Position numbers and translations under genes: made by a program. DNA of 64,000 nt from a virus. Under the pieces are notes generated by a model. The model saw nothing but the letters and a program-made list of their open reading frames with translations. It ran no database searches and was not told the DNA's origin. Of the stretch, positions 37,300-46,462 are shown piece by piece (within the stretch, counting starts at the first letter, position 1; every line of letters starts with the position of its first letter). The stretch lies in the UHGV virus genome UHGV-1374897; one strand, written 5' to 3'.

Positions 37300-37761
37300 A
37301 TGAACGCATTGCATCTATCAACCACACAATACTTCGCGCTTGCGGGCCTTTTCGCGCTTGCGGGTGTAGCTTTCCGCGGCTTAGGAGGTACTGCCCTCAC
37401 CGAGATGGCCAAGAGGCTGAAAGCTCACTTGAAGCTCATTGGCATTGAGACCAATAGCTACCGGACGAGAGGAAGCGAGTATACCCTATATGAGCGCAAG
37501 GAAATGGAGAACATGTACAACCGTATCTTCAATACCTCGGTTCAGTGGGTTATCTTTGGGCTAATCGGACTAACTGTAAGTATCATTGCCGAGTGCCTCT
37601 TCACTCTTCCCGCACCTCCGCTTTATGTCCTCTCTCTTATCTCCGCATGGATTGCCGCATGGTATCTCTTTATTGTTGTATCTAACTACATAACCACGGG
37701 GGTTTTCATGTGGATGACCCGCTATCGACTTTACCGCGAATACCCAAACATCAAATTCTAA
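37300..37761 (+). CDS. integral membrane protein (153 aa, 3-4 TM)
   Basis: Hydrophobic helices (FALAGLFALAGVAF; VIFGLIGLTVSIIAECLF; SLISAWIAAWYLFIVV). Confidence 0.5.
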   Translation: MNALHLSTTQYFALAGLFALAGVAFRGLGGTALTEMAKRLKAHLKLIGIETNSYRTRGSEYTLYERKEMENMYNRIFNTSVQWVIFGLIGLTVSIIAECLFTLPAPPLYVLSLISAWIAAWYLFIVVSNYITTGVFMWMTRYRLYREYPNIKF

Positions 37762-37763
37762 CC

Positions 37764-38171
37764 ATGAAGAACAAAGTAAAACTCGGAATGATTGTCCGCG
37801 TCGACTACGGCCCTTGCGGTCGCGTCGTGGAAATCGACAACGAACGTTCTTCCTACCCGTACAAGGTACGCTATTCGGGAGGATTAGCGGAGTGGGCCTC
37901 TGCTAACCAGATGGAGGAAATTCTAGATGCACCAGAAGAATCTGTCCGCGCTGGTTGCAATAACACCGCCAAACCCCGGCGACCGTTCAAGAGAGGGGAT
38001 AGGGTACAATTCGTTCCTCGTGGCTGGGTAAGCTACGATGAAGAGCCTATGCCCTATCAGGAGTACGCGGTTTACGATGATGAAGACAGCGACGGCTGGG
38101 TAGCTATCGATGGAGTGACCACCAACTACTTCAACACCGTTATGTTCTTTGACCTTAAACTAATCGACTAA
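37764..38171 (+). CDS. small protein (135 aa) with the K-x-(K/R)-x-G-x-(I/V)-V-R...G-x-(C/G)-G N-terminal motif shared with 46699..47136 and 47111..47626
   Basis: MKNKVKLGMIVRVDYGPCGRVVEI; the ATG at 37764 follows the previous stop. Confidence 0.5.
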   Translation: MKNKVKLGMIVRVDYGPCGRVVEIDNERSSYPYKVRYSGGLAEWASANQMEEILDAPEESVRAGCNNTAKPRRPFKRGDRVQFVPRGWVSYDEEPMPYQEYAVYDDEDSDGWVAIDGVTTNYFNTVMFFDLKLID

Positions 38172-38289
38172 CTATGACGATATTTGTTGGTATTACTGAC
38201 ATCCTCGCATGGGGTGCTATTGCTCTGTGCGCACTCGCCCTATTCACCCTGTGGGTAATCGAAACCATTAAGAAACACATCAAGAGAAA

Positions 38290-39306
38290 ATGAACGACGA
38301 ACCAAATTGTTGGACCTGCGCATACCGTGACCTCCCTGAAACCGCGGAACCCTGCGCCAGTTGTGACATGTACTTTAGCCACTTTGAATCCAGTGAACCC
38401 ACGGAATCCACGGACACCGCGGCAAGCGAGGATGCACGGAGGTGCTCCCTCTGCAAATTCCGTGATACCTTGCTGGTGCAATCCCCCTGCCAGAAGTGTG
38501 CTCTCACTCCCGGACTTCCCAGCTTCACCTCCGATACCAACAAATTGGTAGAGATGGAGATGATGAAGCGGGAAGAAGCAAAGCAGAAGGAAGCCAAGAT
38601 GGCTGGTCCTACCTGTCTGACATGTAAACATAAGGGGGTATCTATCGAAGAGGAACCCTGCATCTCCTGCAACGGCTATCAGAATTATACCCCAGATGAA
38701 TCTGCGCCATGTGCCGAAGGTACGGACGAGAACGATGATGTCATCGAACCGTGCAATACTTGCACTCACCGGGATAACCTCCGTTGCAATCCTCCATGCT
38801 CTCATTGCCAACAGGAGCGGGGAATTGAGTACCCGGAATATGAAGAAGCGGAAGAGGATGAAGAGGATGTCCTCTCCCCCTGCGCTACCTGTAAGTACGG
38901 GGACTTGCCCGGAACCACGGGACCCTGTGCTTCCTGTTTCGACGAGGGGCTGGACCATCCATTGAACTACGAGGAAGCCACGGAATCCGGGGACGAAGGC
39001 ACCGTGGGTTCCGGAATCAAAGGAATCGTGCCACAGCATATTGTTGATATGTTTACCGAAAGAGTGAAGCAAGCGGCCCTCCGGTTCGTGAACGAATGCA
39101 ATGCCCATCCACGTCCTTGCCCGTACTGCGGAGAAATCCCGGAGGTCGTAGAGGAAGCCATCTACCCCGGAGAGAAACATTGCTACGTCGTCTGCAACGG
39201 GGCCAAGCTTCTTCCTCATAGCATTTCCATTCATGGCCGCACTCGCGAAGAAGCGGCGGCCCACTGGAATAGCTTCGTATTAACTATGAAGTCCCAAGAA
39301 AAATGA
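38290..39306 (+). CDS. multi-zinc-ribbon protein: at least six repeated C-x2-C...(P)C-x2-C units (338 aa)
   Basis: CWTCAYRD..CASCDMY; CSLCKFRD..CQKCA; CLTCKHKG..CISCNGY; CNTCTHRD..CSHCQQ; CATCKYGD..CASCF; CPYCGE..CYVVCNG. Confidence 0.55.
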   Translation: MNDEPNCWTCAYRDLPETAEPCASCDMYFSHFESSEPTESTDTAASEDARRCSLCKFRDTLLVQSPCQKCALTPGLPSFTSDTNKLVEMEMMKREEAKQKEAKMAGPTCLTCKHKGVSIEEEPCISCNGYQNYTPDESAPCAEGTDENDDVIEPCNTCTHRDNLRCNPPCSHCQQERGIEYPEYEEAEEDEEDVLSPCATCKYGDLPGTTGPCASCFDEGLDHPLNYEEATESGDEGTVGSGIKGIVPQHIVDMFTERVKQAALRFVNECNAHPRPCPYCGEIPEVVEEAIYPGEKHCYVVCNGAKLLPHSISIHGRTREEAAAHWNSFVLTMKSQEK

Positions 39307-39403
39307 ACAACCACTGGATAACCATTAGCGGGGGAAGATTCGTCCTCCCCATTAACTCCATACTAATCGCGGAGGGAGACCTCGCCGCATAACATTTCAT
39401 CTC

Positions 39404-39634
39404 ATGAACCTTCCATACATTGGACAAATTAAACAACTGCGTAACTTCCTTCTTGGAGAGAAACTCATGTCCCCGGCTCTCCTTGCTATCCTCTCGGACA
39501 CAGAGCTTATCGACAAGCTCATCGCGGATGGATTCTCCTTCGTCGTACCATATAACGGTGGATATACGACCGCGGATGAAATTCTCCTAATTCCCAATGA
39601 CGCATTGAACCATGCAACGAAACTCTCACGCTAA
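39404..39634 (+). CDS. hypothetical protein (76 aa)
   Basis: ORF. Confidence 0.35.
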   Translation: MNLPYIGQIKQLRNFLLGEKLMSPALLAILSDTELIDKLIADGFSFVVPYNGGYTTADEILLIPNDALNHATKLSR

Positions 39635-39724
39635 ACGTATGTACACACTAATCGGATTCCTTCTCGGTATTCTCTTCTACTACATCATCGAGAACAATAA
39701 TAACGACAACGACTTTACCCCTGC

Positions 39725-40201
39725 ATGAGAACCAATAGTAGAGGACTAATCGTCCATCCCGGATTGAAACATCCACGGAGGCCACGGCATAGTACTCCCC
39801 CGGTAAAGAATATACCGAAGGGCTACATTGCCACCGGGGAGATTGCCGATAAAATTGGGAGAAGCTCCGTGTGGGTAATTCACGCCCTGAACCGATTGAA
39901 GGTCAAACACGTTCGTTGCGGCCACACCATGTACTGGGAAGGGGAAGGAGCCAATGACTATATTCAGATGCAGGTCAAAGGCCTATATGACAGTATCCCG
40001 GAAGGGTACGTTGATGTAGCTACCGCATTGGAATCTACGGGACTAAAGTCCCCTGCGTATCTGACCACCCTATTCAAGCGGGGCAAAGTTCAACGTGTAC
40101 GGTATCGTGATGATAGCGACCCTCGCGGTCGTAGGACACGATTCGCGTACAATCTGGTTGACTTGTTGTCCCATTTAGGTTTAGATAGCTCTGACGTATG
40201 A
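39725..40201 (+). CDS. DNA-binding protein (HTH), putative regulator (158 aa)
   Basis: Helix-turn-helix-like ATGEIADKIGRSSVWVIHALNRLKV. Confidence 0.4.
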   Translation: MRTNSRGLIVHPGLKHPRRPRHSTPPVKNIPKGYIATGEIADKIGRSSVWVIHALNRLKVKHVRCGHTMYWEGEGANDYIQMQVKGLYDSIPEGYVDVATALESTGLKSPAYLTTLFKRGKVQRVRYRDDSDPRGRRTRFAYNLVDLLSHLGLDSSDV

Positions 40202-40551
40202 GAACGACCTACTCCACAACCAGAACCGTACAGAAGGGCCAGAGCAATCAACAAACCTTGCTCGGTCTCCTTCTGAATATTGACCTCCTTGACCCTTCGC
40301 TCCCTCTCGACTATGTTCGTGTCCTTCTGTACATGCACGCCAATGGCTTCGAGCAGAAACATGAGAATCCGACAATAAGTGAGGGCACTCGCATTCCCAT
40401 ATCTTCTCTTTACTCTATCCTGCGCAAGCTGGAAGAAAAGGGGTATCTTGAATACGAGGGAGTGAGGGGGTCGAGGAAACAAACTAAAAGTAAACTAACT
40501 CCGAAAGGTATCACTTTCTGTCGTGACATCTTCCGGCCACACACAATCTAA
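40198..40551 (+). CDS. winged-helix transcriptional regulator (MarR/PadR-like, 117 aa)
   Basis: ISSLYSILRKLEEKGYLEYEGV wing motif. Confidence 0.45.
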   Translation: MRTTYSTTRTVQKGQSNQQTLLGLLLNIDLLDPSLPLDYVRVLLYMHANGFEQKHENPTISEGTRIPISSLYSILRKLEEKGYLEYEGVRGSRKQTKSKLTPKGITFCRDIFRPHTI

Positions 40552-40559
40552 TCAACAAC

Positions 40560-40994
40560 ATGGAAAAGAACAATCTCGATGAACAGGCAGAAGTCGCGGC
40601 CAAGCTCTATAGCATGGCTGAACTTCCAACCCCGTGGGACCAGCTCACCGCGGTAAAGAAGAAGCCCTACATGAATATGGCGGGCAAACTAATCAAGGGA
40701 GAGGCTGACATCTTTGCCCAGCTGACGGCGAAGTACTGCGTCGCCCTTGGCGTACCCGGCAAGTACAAGACTATCATCTCCGGGATTATTAGTGCCGCCC
40801 TTGGAGCTTTAGCCATGTTTGGAGCATTGGGGCAGAGTAGTTGCACCTACGCAGATGTGAGTAAGGACCGCGCAGTTATCTGCAATGGAGAATCCTGTGT
40901 AATCGTTAGTCCCGGAAGGTTGACCTTTACGCAGGAACAGCCCAAGACGGATGCAGGTCCGGTAGTAATTCCCTCCAAAGAATACTGCAAATAA
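40560..40994 (+). CDS. hypothetical protein with one TM segment (144 aa)
   Basis: Hydrophobic stretch IISGIISAALGALAMFGALG. Confidence 0.45.
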   Translation: MEKNNLDEQAEVAAKLYSMAELPTPWDQLTAVKKKPYMNMAGKLIKGEADIFAQLTAKYCVALGVPGKYKTIISGIISAALGALAMFGALGQSSCTYADVSKDRAVICNGESCVIVSPGRLTFTQEQPKTDAGPVVIPSKEYCK

Positions 40995-40995
40995 T

Positions 40996-42027
40996 ATGGC
41001 AGAAGAGTATCAAGAGATTCCACAAGCTCCTGACCTCTTTAATCATCCCGTACCCTCGGTTCCCGTGGGCACGGAGATGTTTAATGAGGCCCCGCCATTT
41101 GATTCGATGCCGGACCCGATTGCCCCTGTCTATGGGGATAGTGATATAGGGACGTTCCATACTCCGGTATATAATGATGACCCCCTCATGCGCAACCGGG
41201 AAGAGAGCATGTTCTCCGTCGTGTATGACCCAAAGGATTCCGGGCCTAACGCAAAGGTCATGTACACCTGCGGTGTTGTCATTGATGATAATAAGGTGCA
41301 TGAAATTGGTGGTGCGCCGGGGACGTTGAAGGCAGTGGATAGTGGAGAGAAGGCACCATTGGATAAGGATATTATCTGGTACGTAAACGTAAAGAGTGAC
41401 CGCAAATCTTCTACGGTAAGTAGCAAGAAAGATACCAGCGCGGACTTCTCCGTCCCCATTGCGAGGATGAGCAAGGGCAGGAACGGATATATCCAGCAAC
41501 TTCACCGAGGTGCTATCTTCATTGGAGGTGGCGGCGGTGGCGGCAAGTTCCCATACAAGGTCACGACGACTAAGGAGCAGGACGCAAACAAGAACTGGCA
41601 TACCTACGCAGTTATCGAGCCGGGCGGTTTCCGTGATACCGAACGGAAGAAGGTGGAGATTGACGGGTTCAAAGACGGGGCGGCTAAGAAGGAAATCGTA
41701 ACCGATGGTGAACTTCCCGTACTCCTTGAATGGGAATACACTTGGCCCGCCAATACCGTGACGAACGCCAAGCTGGTTGTTGATGATAAGCCGTGGGATG
41801 GTAAGGAGGTAATCACTCCGATTGAGAGTGCCGAGGGAACGGGTAAGAGCAAATGCGCGATTGCCATCCTGACAGTAACGCGAAACCCGCAGGACAATAG
41901 TCTCGACGCAACCGTGAAATCCCAGCTGGTCAATACTGGACTGGCCGCCGTCTGGTATAGTGGCTACGTGGACGGAGTAAGCGGACATGTTGGGCAATAT
42001 GCAGAAGTAAGTACCGTAGCACCATGA
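40996..42027 (+). CDS. hypothetical structural protein (343 aa; Gly-run GGGGGGK)
   Basis: ORF; the antisense ORF 40927..41997 is judged spurious. Confidence 0.45.
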   Translation: MAEEYQEIPQAPDLFNHPVPSVPVGTEMFNEAPPFDSMPDPIAPVYGDSDIGTFHTPVYNDDPLMRNREESMFSVVYDPKDSGPNAKVMYTCGVVIDDNKVHEIGGAPGTLKAVDSGEKAPLDKDIIWYVNVKSDRKSSTVSSKKDTSADFSVPIARMSKGRNGYIQQLHRGAIFIGGGGGGGKFPYKVTTTKEQDANKNWHTYAVIEPGGFRDTERKKVEIDGFKDGAAKKEIVTDGELPVLLEWEYTWPANTVTNAKLVVDDKPWDGKEVITPIESAEGTGKSKCAIAILTVTRNPQDNSLDATVKSQLVNTGLAAVWYSGYVDGVSGHVGQYAEVSTVAP

Positions 42028-42836
42028 AGTCTCACCTCTTACTCCCCACGAACTCGTCGAAGGATATTTCGGTTTTAATGAGGAAGAATAATCCTGACTA
42101 CACTGAACAATATAAAAGTAGTTTGTGGTATGGAACCCAAGGACCCACGGTTTCCGGGCTTCCTGTACCTCTAGGTCGAGCCGTAGCTATTTCACCAAAC
42201 GCAACGCATAAACCGGGGATTAAGTGCAAGAACCTTGTGGACGCGTGGAAAGTCTTCAACACATTGAAAGGATTTAATTCCATCGCGCTTCCGGCGAAGT
42301 TGCCTAGTCAGAATGGCATTCCCGGAGGCGTCGATGCTCGTACTCAATATCGAGTATACGAGCCAGCACTTTGGTTCGCATGGCAGGGAGTGCCGGAAGG
42401 AACTGAAATTACTCCACATGAAGTCACATTGCAGGAAGCCCGCGATTGGCCCTACTATGACGACGGCTGGCTATACCAAAACAGTATATACGGACCACAT
42501 TATGGAAACGGATTTATGGATAATATGTGGTACATTGAATCAGAAAGTGGAGCAGTTTATCTGGATGTAAGTATCGATTTAAGCTTCAAGTATGAGAGAA
42601 AAACATCCTCTGGTGTATGGCAGACCTTTTCGATACTTGCCTATGTAGGCTACCCCATTAAATATTGGGCGAATGGGAATAAGGCTTCCATGCGAACAGT
42701 CACATGGAACACCACGATAGGTGGAGTAGAAGTTGACTGCATTGGAAGTTATTACTGTTGGACCCCCTACGTTGCCGCTCCCGAAATCTCCCAAATGAAT
42801 CAATGGTTTAAGGGATTACAGTTCACGACACTTTGA
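42024..42836 (+). CDS. hypothetical protein (270 aa), aromatic-rich
   Basis: ORF. Confidence 0.45.
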   Translation: MKSHLLLPTNSSKDISVLMRKNNPDYTEQYKSSLWYGTQGPTVSGLPVPLGRAVAISPNATHKPGIKCKNLVDAWKVFNTLKGFNSIALPAKLPSQNGIPGGVDARTQYRVYEPALWFAWQGVPEGTEITPHEVTLQEARDWPYYDDGWLYQNSIYGPHYGNGFMDNMWYIESESGAVYLDVSIDLSFKYERKTSSGVWQTFSILAYVGYPIKYWANGNKASMRTVTWNTTIGGVEVDCIGSYYCWTPYVAAPEISQMNQWFKGLQFTTL

Positions 42837-42885
42837 TATAGCAGTACAACTGGCTTATCGATTTCGTACATCGAAATGTCAGGAC

Positions 42886-42950
42886 GTTAAACTCCCACGG
42901 AACCCACGGAACCCACGGCCAAATGGTCACAATGGGTTCCGTGGGTTCTC
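42886..42950. promoter_or_regulatory. CACGGAAC site array: three direct copies then one inverted copy (GGGTTCCGTGGGTTC), followed by GTGTCATAC about 17 nt upstream of the -35
   Basis: cccacggaacccacggaacccacggcc ... gggttccgtgggttc; the GTGTCATAC element also sits at the same offset upstream of the early promoters. Confidence 0.45.
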
Positions 42951-42977
42951 CGTTGTGTCATACCAATTAAAAATTTC

Positions 42978-43005
42978 TTGACCAGAATCTTCTTCTGTGT
43001 ATGAT
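42978..43005 (+). promoter_or_regulatory. sigma70-like promoter TTGACC-N16-TATGAT (leaderless arrangement)
   Basis: Consensus hexamers. Confidence 0.45.
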
Positions 43006-43012
43006 GGCGGGC

Positions 43013-43678
43013 ATGGACAATAACTTCCATTACATCATTAGCGCGTATAACCCCTCCCTTCATTGGCCGGAGAGGGAATCAAACCTAATCCATTACACGG
43101 TCAATTATCTTAAATCCCTGCACATCCCCGGCGAGCGCATTACCGTCATGTCCGAGGACCTTGGCGTTCTTTCATGGGCCAAAGCGGAGGGGCTGAACGT
43201 TGCCCGCGTCCCTGACGCACCCGATGAAGCCATCCTCTCCATCGCCGCAGAGCATGCGGGAATGGACATCATGGTGCTCGATACTCAATGCCCGGTGCGC
43301 GAAGCGGACCTTCTCGACGTTATGGCTAGCCAGATAGCTACCGAGAAGGATGTCATCTTCATCTCCGCATACATGGGAATGAAGCGGGCGGCCATCGAAG
43401 ACTTCCCTGCATGGACCAGTATAGTTGACGGTAGTGTGTGGGGGTTCCGGCACGATAGCGACCTGAAAGCCATTAAGAAAATGAGAAGTATCTATTATGT
43501 CTATCATGACGCGTTCGCCGGACACTTCGGAGTGAGCCTCGACTACCAATACGACAAGGAGGTTCTCGACATCGCCGTGAAACGCGGCTGGGAAAAGAGC
43601 GCAAGCACCGCTCCATGCTCCGCGGATTATCCGCGCCGCGTGCAGATTATGGTTGACAAACCCAAACAGAATATCTAA
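43013..43678 (+). CDS. nucleotidyl- or glycosyl-transferase-like protein candidate (about 222 aa; the track start 43001 lies inside the -10)
   Basis: The N-terminal region HYIISAYNPSLHWPERESN...DIMVLDTQCP weakly resembles GT-A/NTP-transferase folds. Confidence 0.3.
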   Translation: MDNNFHYIISAYNPSLHWPERESNLIHYTVNYLKSLHIPGERITVMSEDLGVLSWAKAEGLNVARVPDAPDEAILSIAAEHAGMDIMVLDTQCPVREADLLDVMASQIATEKDVIFISAYMGMKRAAIEDFPAWTSIVDGSVWGFRHDSDLKAIKKMRSIYYVYHDAFAGHFGVSLDYQYDKEVLDIAVKRGWEKSASTAPCSADYPRRVQIMVDKPKQNI

Positions 43679-43692
43679 TCTTCATTCACACC

Positions 43693-44145
43693 ATGAACAC
43701 AAACCAATTATATTTTGACGGAAGCCTCGGACAGTTTATTCGCAAGGCGAACTACGAACAGGTAAGCGTAAATCCCACGTTGGAAGTTCAGCATGGAATG
43801 TCCTCTCTCATCCTCCCTCTCGGTGCAGGATTTAAGGGAGACCTCCGGTTTAATTTCTCCCATGCCTCTGCTCTTCTTGTCAACGTCTCCCCGTCAAGCC
43901 CCTTTGCATGGAAGATTCAGTTAGCCCCGCTCAACGCCGGAGCCTTGCCTGTATGGAAGACAGTCGCGTCTGGCATGACGTCCTCGGTGAAACCCGGAGG
44001 CACTGCTGACACCATTATCCTTCCTACGGACATCTTTGAATTAGACCCTGCCGAATATCCTGTCGGGACCTACTGGATGACTGTTGAGTTCTCCAATACG
44101 GTTGACTGGACCCGCACCTTCCCCTTCACACTTCAAATCATCTAA
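43693..44145 (+). CDS. hypothetical protein (150 aa)
   Basis: ORF. Confidence 0.45.
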   Translation: MNTNQLYFDGSLGQFIRKANYEQVSVNPTLEVQHGMSSLILPLGAGFKGDLRFNFSHASALLVNVSPSSPFAWKIQLAPLNAGALPVWKTVASGMTSSVKPGGTADTIILPTDIFELDPAEYPVGTYWMTVEFSNTVDWTRTFPFTLQII

Positions 44146-44147
44146 CC

Positions 44148-44519
44148 ATGCAACTTGATTTATCCCACATCCTGCAACTCTACCCCGTCCTGAAGGTCCT
44201 CCATTACCAGACAAGTAGTGGATTCCATCATGAACGATACGACGATGCGGTAGAAGAATTGGGCGGCATTGCCGACAGTTTCATTGAAACCTATCTCGGA
44301 CTACATGGCCGCGACTGGATGGTAAAGCCCATGCTGGTGCGTCCCGTGTTGCCTGATACTTCTACTAATTGCATTATCCTGTACAGAAATGTCATCCTAC
44401 ATGACATCGTTCCCTACCTCTACACCATTGCCGGGAATGAACCCGCGCTAAGGAAACTGGCAGAGGACTTCGAGCAGAGTGCCCAAAAGATTTACGGACT
44501 ACTGAACAATTACGTCTAA
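44148..44519 (+). CDS. hypothetical protein (123 aa)
   Basis: ORF. Confidence 0.45.
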   Translation: MQLDLSHILQLYPVLKVLHYQTSSGFHHERYDDAVEELGGIADSFIETYLGLHGRDWMVKPMLVRPVLPDTSTNCIILYRNVILHDIVPYLYTIAGNEPALRKLAEDFEQSAQKIYGLLNNYV

Positions 44520-44527
44520 TAGAACCC

Positions 44528-45037
44528 ATGCCTACAACAACTCGCGTCCGAGAATTTTTTCTTTGTTCCGACGGCCCGGAGAGCAACCCCGAAGTAATAG
44601 CCACGGTACTTCCAAGGCTTGACGGGGTTTGCTCCCGCGCCCGGTCCTTGACATGGGGCGTTATTGCCTATTCCCTCTCTCACTTCAACCTGCCCTTCGG
44701 GGTTGCCTTGGAGAACATGAGGAACGGTTATTGTGCCCGCGTCGTAGGAACGTCTACTGGGGAGGAAACCGAAGATGGGGATGAAGCCGCCGACGTTACC
44801 CCTTGGTTCATCCTGCAATCCTTTAAGACCGAGAGCGGCGAATGGGACTACCGTTTCATGGCGTTGGAACCAATAGAGGCAGGAGCCGCCATTGATATGA
44901 AGAGGGATTATCTCCTTCCCGATGGATGGTATAAAGTCGGAGAAGAGGTAACTCTTCGCAACGATTTCATCGCCTCCTTCTGTTGGGAGATTGCCATTCC
45001 CGGCGACCCTCAAAAAATAGAAACCGCAAACGTATAG
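44528..45037 (+). CDS. hypothetical protein (169 aa)
   Basis: ORF. Confidence 0.45.
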   Translation: MPTTTRVREFFLCSDGPESNPEVIATVLPRLDGVCSRARSLTWGVIAYSLSHFNLPFGVALENMRNGYCARVVGTSTGEETEDGDEAADVTPWFILQSFKTESGEWDYRFMALEPIEAGAAIDMKRDYLLPDGWYKVGEEVTLRNDFIASFCWEIAIPGDPQKIETANV

Positions 45038-45048
45038 ACGAATAAATC

Positions 45049-45288
45049 ATGAACGACAAAGTAGCTATTTTAGAAGACAAAGGATTTGGATTCTTCCGAG
45101 TAACTCACTGTGGAAGTGTCATTGCAGATTTTCTTTACTGCACTGGCTCTGGTGAACAAGGATATATGACACGAGATTCCGCAAAGAAACTGGCAACGAA
45201 GATTGCCCGCTACGTAGTTAGCAGAGGGACAGTTTGTACCATCGAGGGAGTATCACTTAACCAAATCTATTTCAACACCGATGACTGA
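45049..45288 (+). CDS. paralog-array member 1 (79 aa)
   Basis: Shares the FxxYC...G(F/Y)(F/M)T(K/R)(D/E)xAKKLAxKIA motif with the next six ORFs. Confidence 0.6.
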   Translation: MNDKVAILEDKGFGFFRVTHCGSVIADFLYCTGSGEQGYMTRDSAKKLATKIARYVVSRGTVCTIEGVSLNQIYFNTDD

Positions 45289-45517
45289 CACTCTAAATAT
45301 TACCACCGTAGATGACCCCGATATCGGGTTTTTCTGGGTCCTGCTTGAAAACTGTTGCGTTGCCACCTTTTACTATTGCGTGAAAGATGATAGTGGCTTC
45401 TTCACCAAGGAGCAAGCTAAGAAACTGGCCGACAAGCTCTCCCGCAAAATTGAGAAGAGCATGATTATCGAAACCGAAAAGGGAATCAAATTGGAAAGGA
45501 ACAACATCAATGAATAA
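45281..45517 (+). CDS. paralog-array member 2 (78 aa)
   Basis: GFFTKEQAKKLADKLSRKIEKSMIIETEKGIKLERNN; an 8-nt ATGACTGA overlap with member 1. Confidence 0.65.
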   Translation: MTDTLNITTVDDPDIGFFWVLLENCCVATFYYCVKDDSGFFTKEQAKKLADKLSRKIEKSMIIETEKGIKLERNNINE

Positions 45518-45746
45518 CGATTCAGATACCCGTGTTTATGACCTCCCTACTAGCGGAATGTTCCGCGTCAGGCACAGAGGAAGTTGCGTCGCCGTTTTCA
45601 ACTATTGCGTGGCAGATGAAAGCGGCTTCTTCACCAAGAAGCAAGCTAAGAAACTAGCCATCAAGCTCGCCCGCAAAATTGAGAAGAGCACGGTCATAGA
45701 AACAAAGATGGGAATCAAACTTAAAAGGAACAATACTAATGACTGA
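45510..45746 (+). CDS. paralog-array member 3 (78 aa)
   Basis: GFFTKKQAKKLAIKLARKIEKSTVIETKMGIKLKRNN; an 8-nt overlap. Confidence 0.65.
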   Translation: MNNDSDTRVYDLPTSGMFRVRHRGSCVAVFNYCVADESGFFTKKQAKKLAIKLARKIEKSTVIETKMGIKLKRNNTND

Positions 45747-45981
45747 CACTCTAAATATTACCACCGTAGATGACCCCATTGCCGGATTTTTCCGGGTCAT
45801 GCTTGAAAACTGTTGCGTTGCCGCCTTTTACTATTGCACGGAAGGCGAGGAAGGACATTTCACCAAGAAGCAAGCCAAGAAGCTGACCGAGAAGCTAGTC
45901 CGCAAAATTGAAAATAGTACGACCATCAAAACCAAAAAAGGATTTAAACTTAAAAGGAACAACAATGACCAACGAGATTAG
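45739..45981 (+). CDS. paralog-array member 4 (80 aa)
   Basis: N-terminal 13 codons identical at the DNA level to member 2; HFTKKQAKKLTEKLVRKIENSTTIKTKKGFKLKRNN. Confidence 0.65.
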   Translation: MTDTLNITTVDDPIAGFFRVMLENCCVAAFYYCTEGEEGHFTKKQAKKLTEKLVRKIENSTTIKTKKGFKLKRNNNDQRD

Positions 45982-46213
45982 TATTGTAGATAATAAGAGA
46001 GTAGGAATCCTCAAGGTGAAATATGAGGGAGATACCTTTGCCATCTTTAACTATTGTCAGGAGGGAGACGAGAAGGAACAGTGTTATCCCACGCGCGAAA
46101 GGGCTATAGAAATGGCGAAGATGGTTGCTCGCCATCTCATCCACGCGAATCCCGTTATGACAGAAAGGGGCATTGACCTTTACCCGACAGACTATACAAT
46201 CCAAGACGAATAA
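45965..46213 (+). CDS. paralog-array member 5 (82 aa, divergent)
   Basis: FAIFNYCQEG...; start context AACAACAATGACCAACGA identical to that of member 7. Confidence 0.55.
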   Translation: MTNEISIVDNKRVGILKVKYEGDTFAIFNYCQEGDEKEQCYPTRERAIEMAKMVARHLIHANPVMTERGIDLYPTDYTIQDE

Positions 46214-46216
46214 ATC

Positions 46217-46462
46217 ATGAATGACAAAGTAAGAATTTTCGAGAATAAAATGCTCGGCGGGTTCGAAGTGGAATATGATGGGATTGCCGTTGCCCAATTT
46301 TTCTACTACACAGAGTGGGACGAACGGGGCTTCATGACGCGAGACGCGGCAAAGAAACTGGCAACGAAGATTGCCCACAAAATTGAGAAGAGCATGATTA
46401 TCGAAACCGAAAAGGGAATCAAACTACTTAAACCGAAAAGGAACAACAATGACCAACGATAA
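46217..46462 (+). CDS. paralog-array member 6 (81 aa)
   Basis: GFMTRDAAKKLATKIAHKIEKSMIIETEKGIKLLKPKRNN. Confidence 0.65.
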   Translation: MNDKVRIFENKMLGGFEVEYDGIAVAQFFYYTEWDERGFMTRDAAKKLATKIAHKIEKSMIIETEKGIKLLKPKRNNNDQR

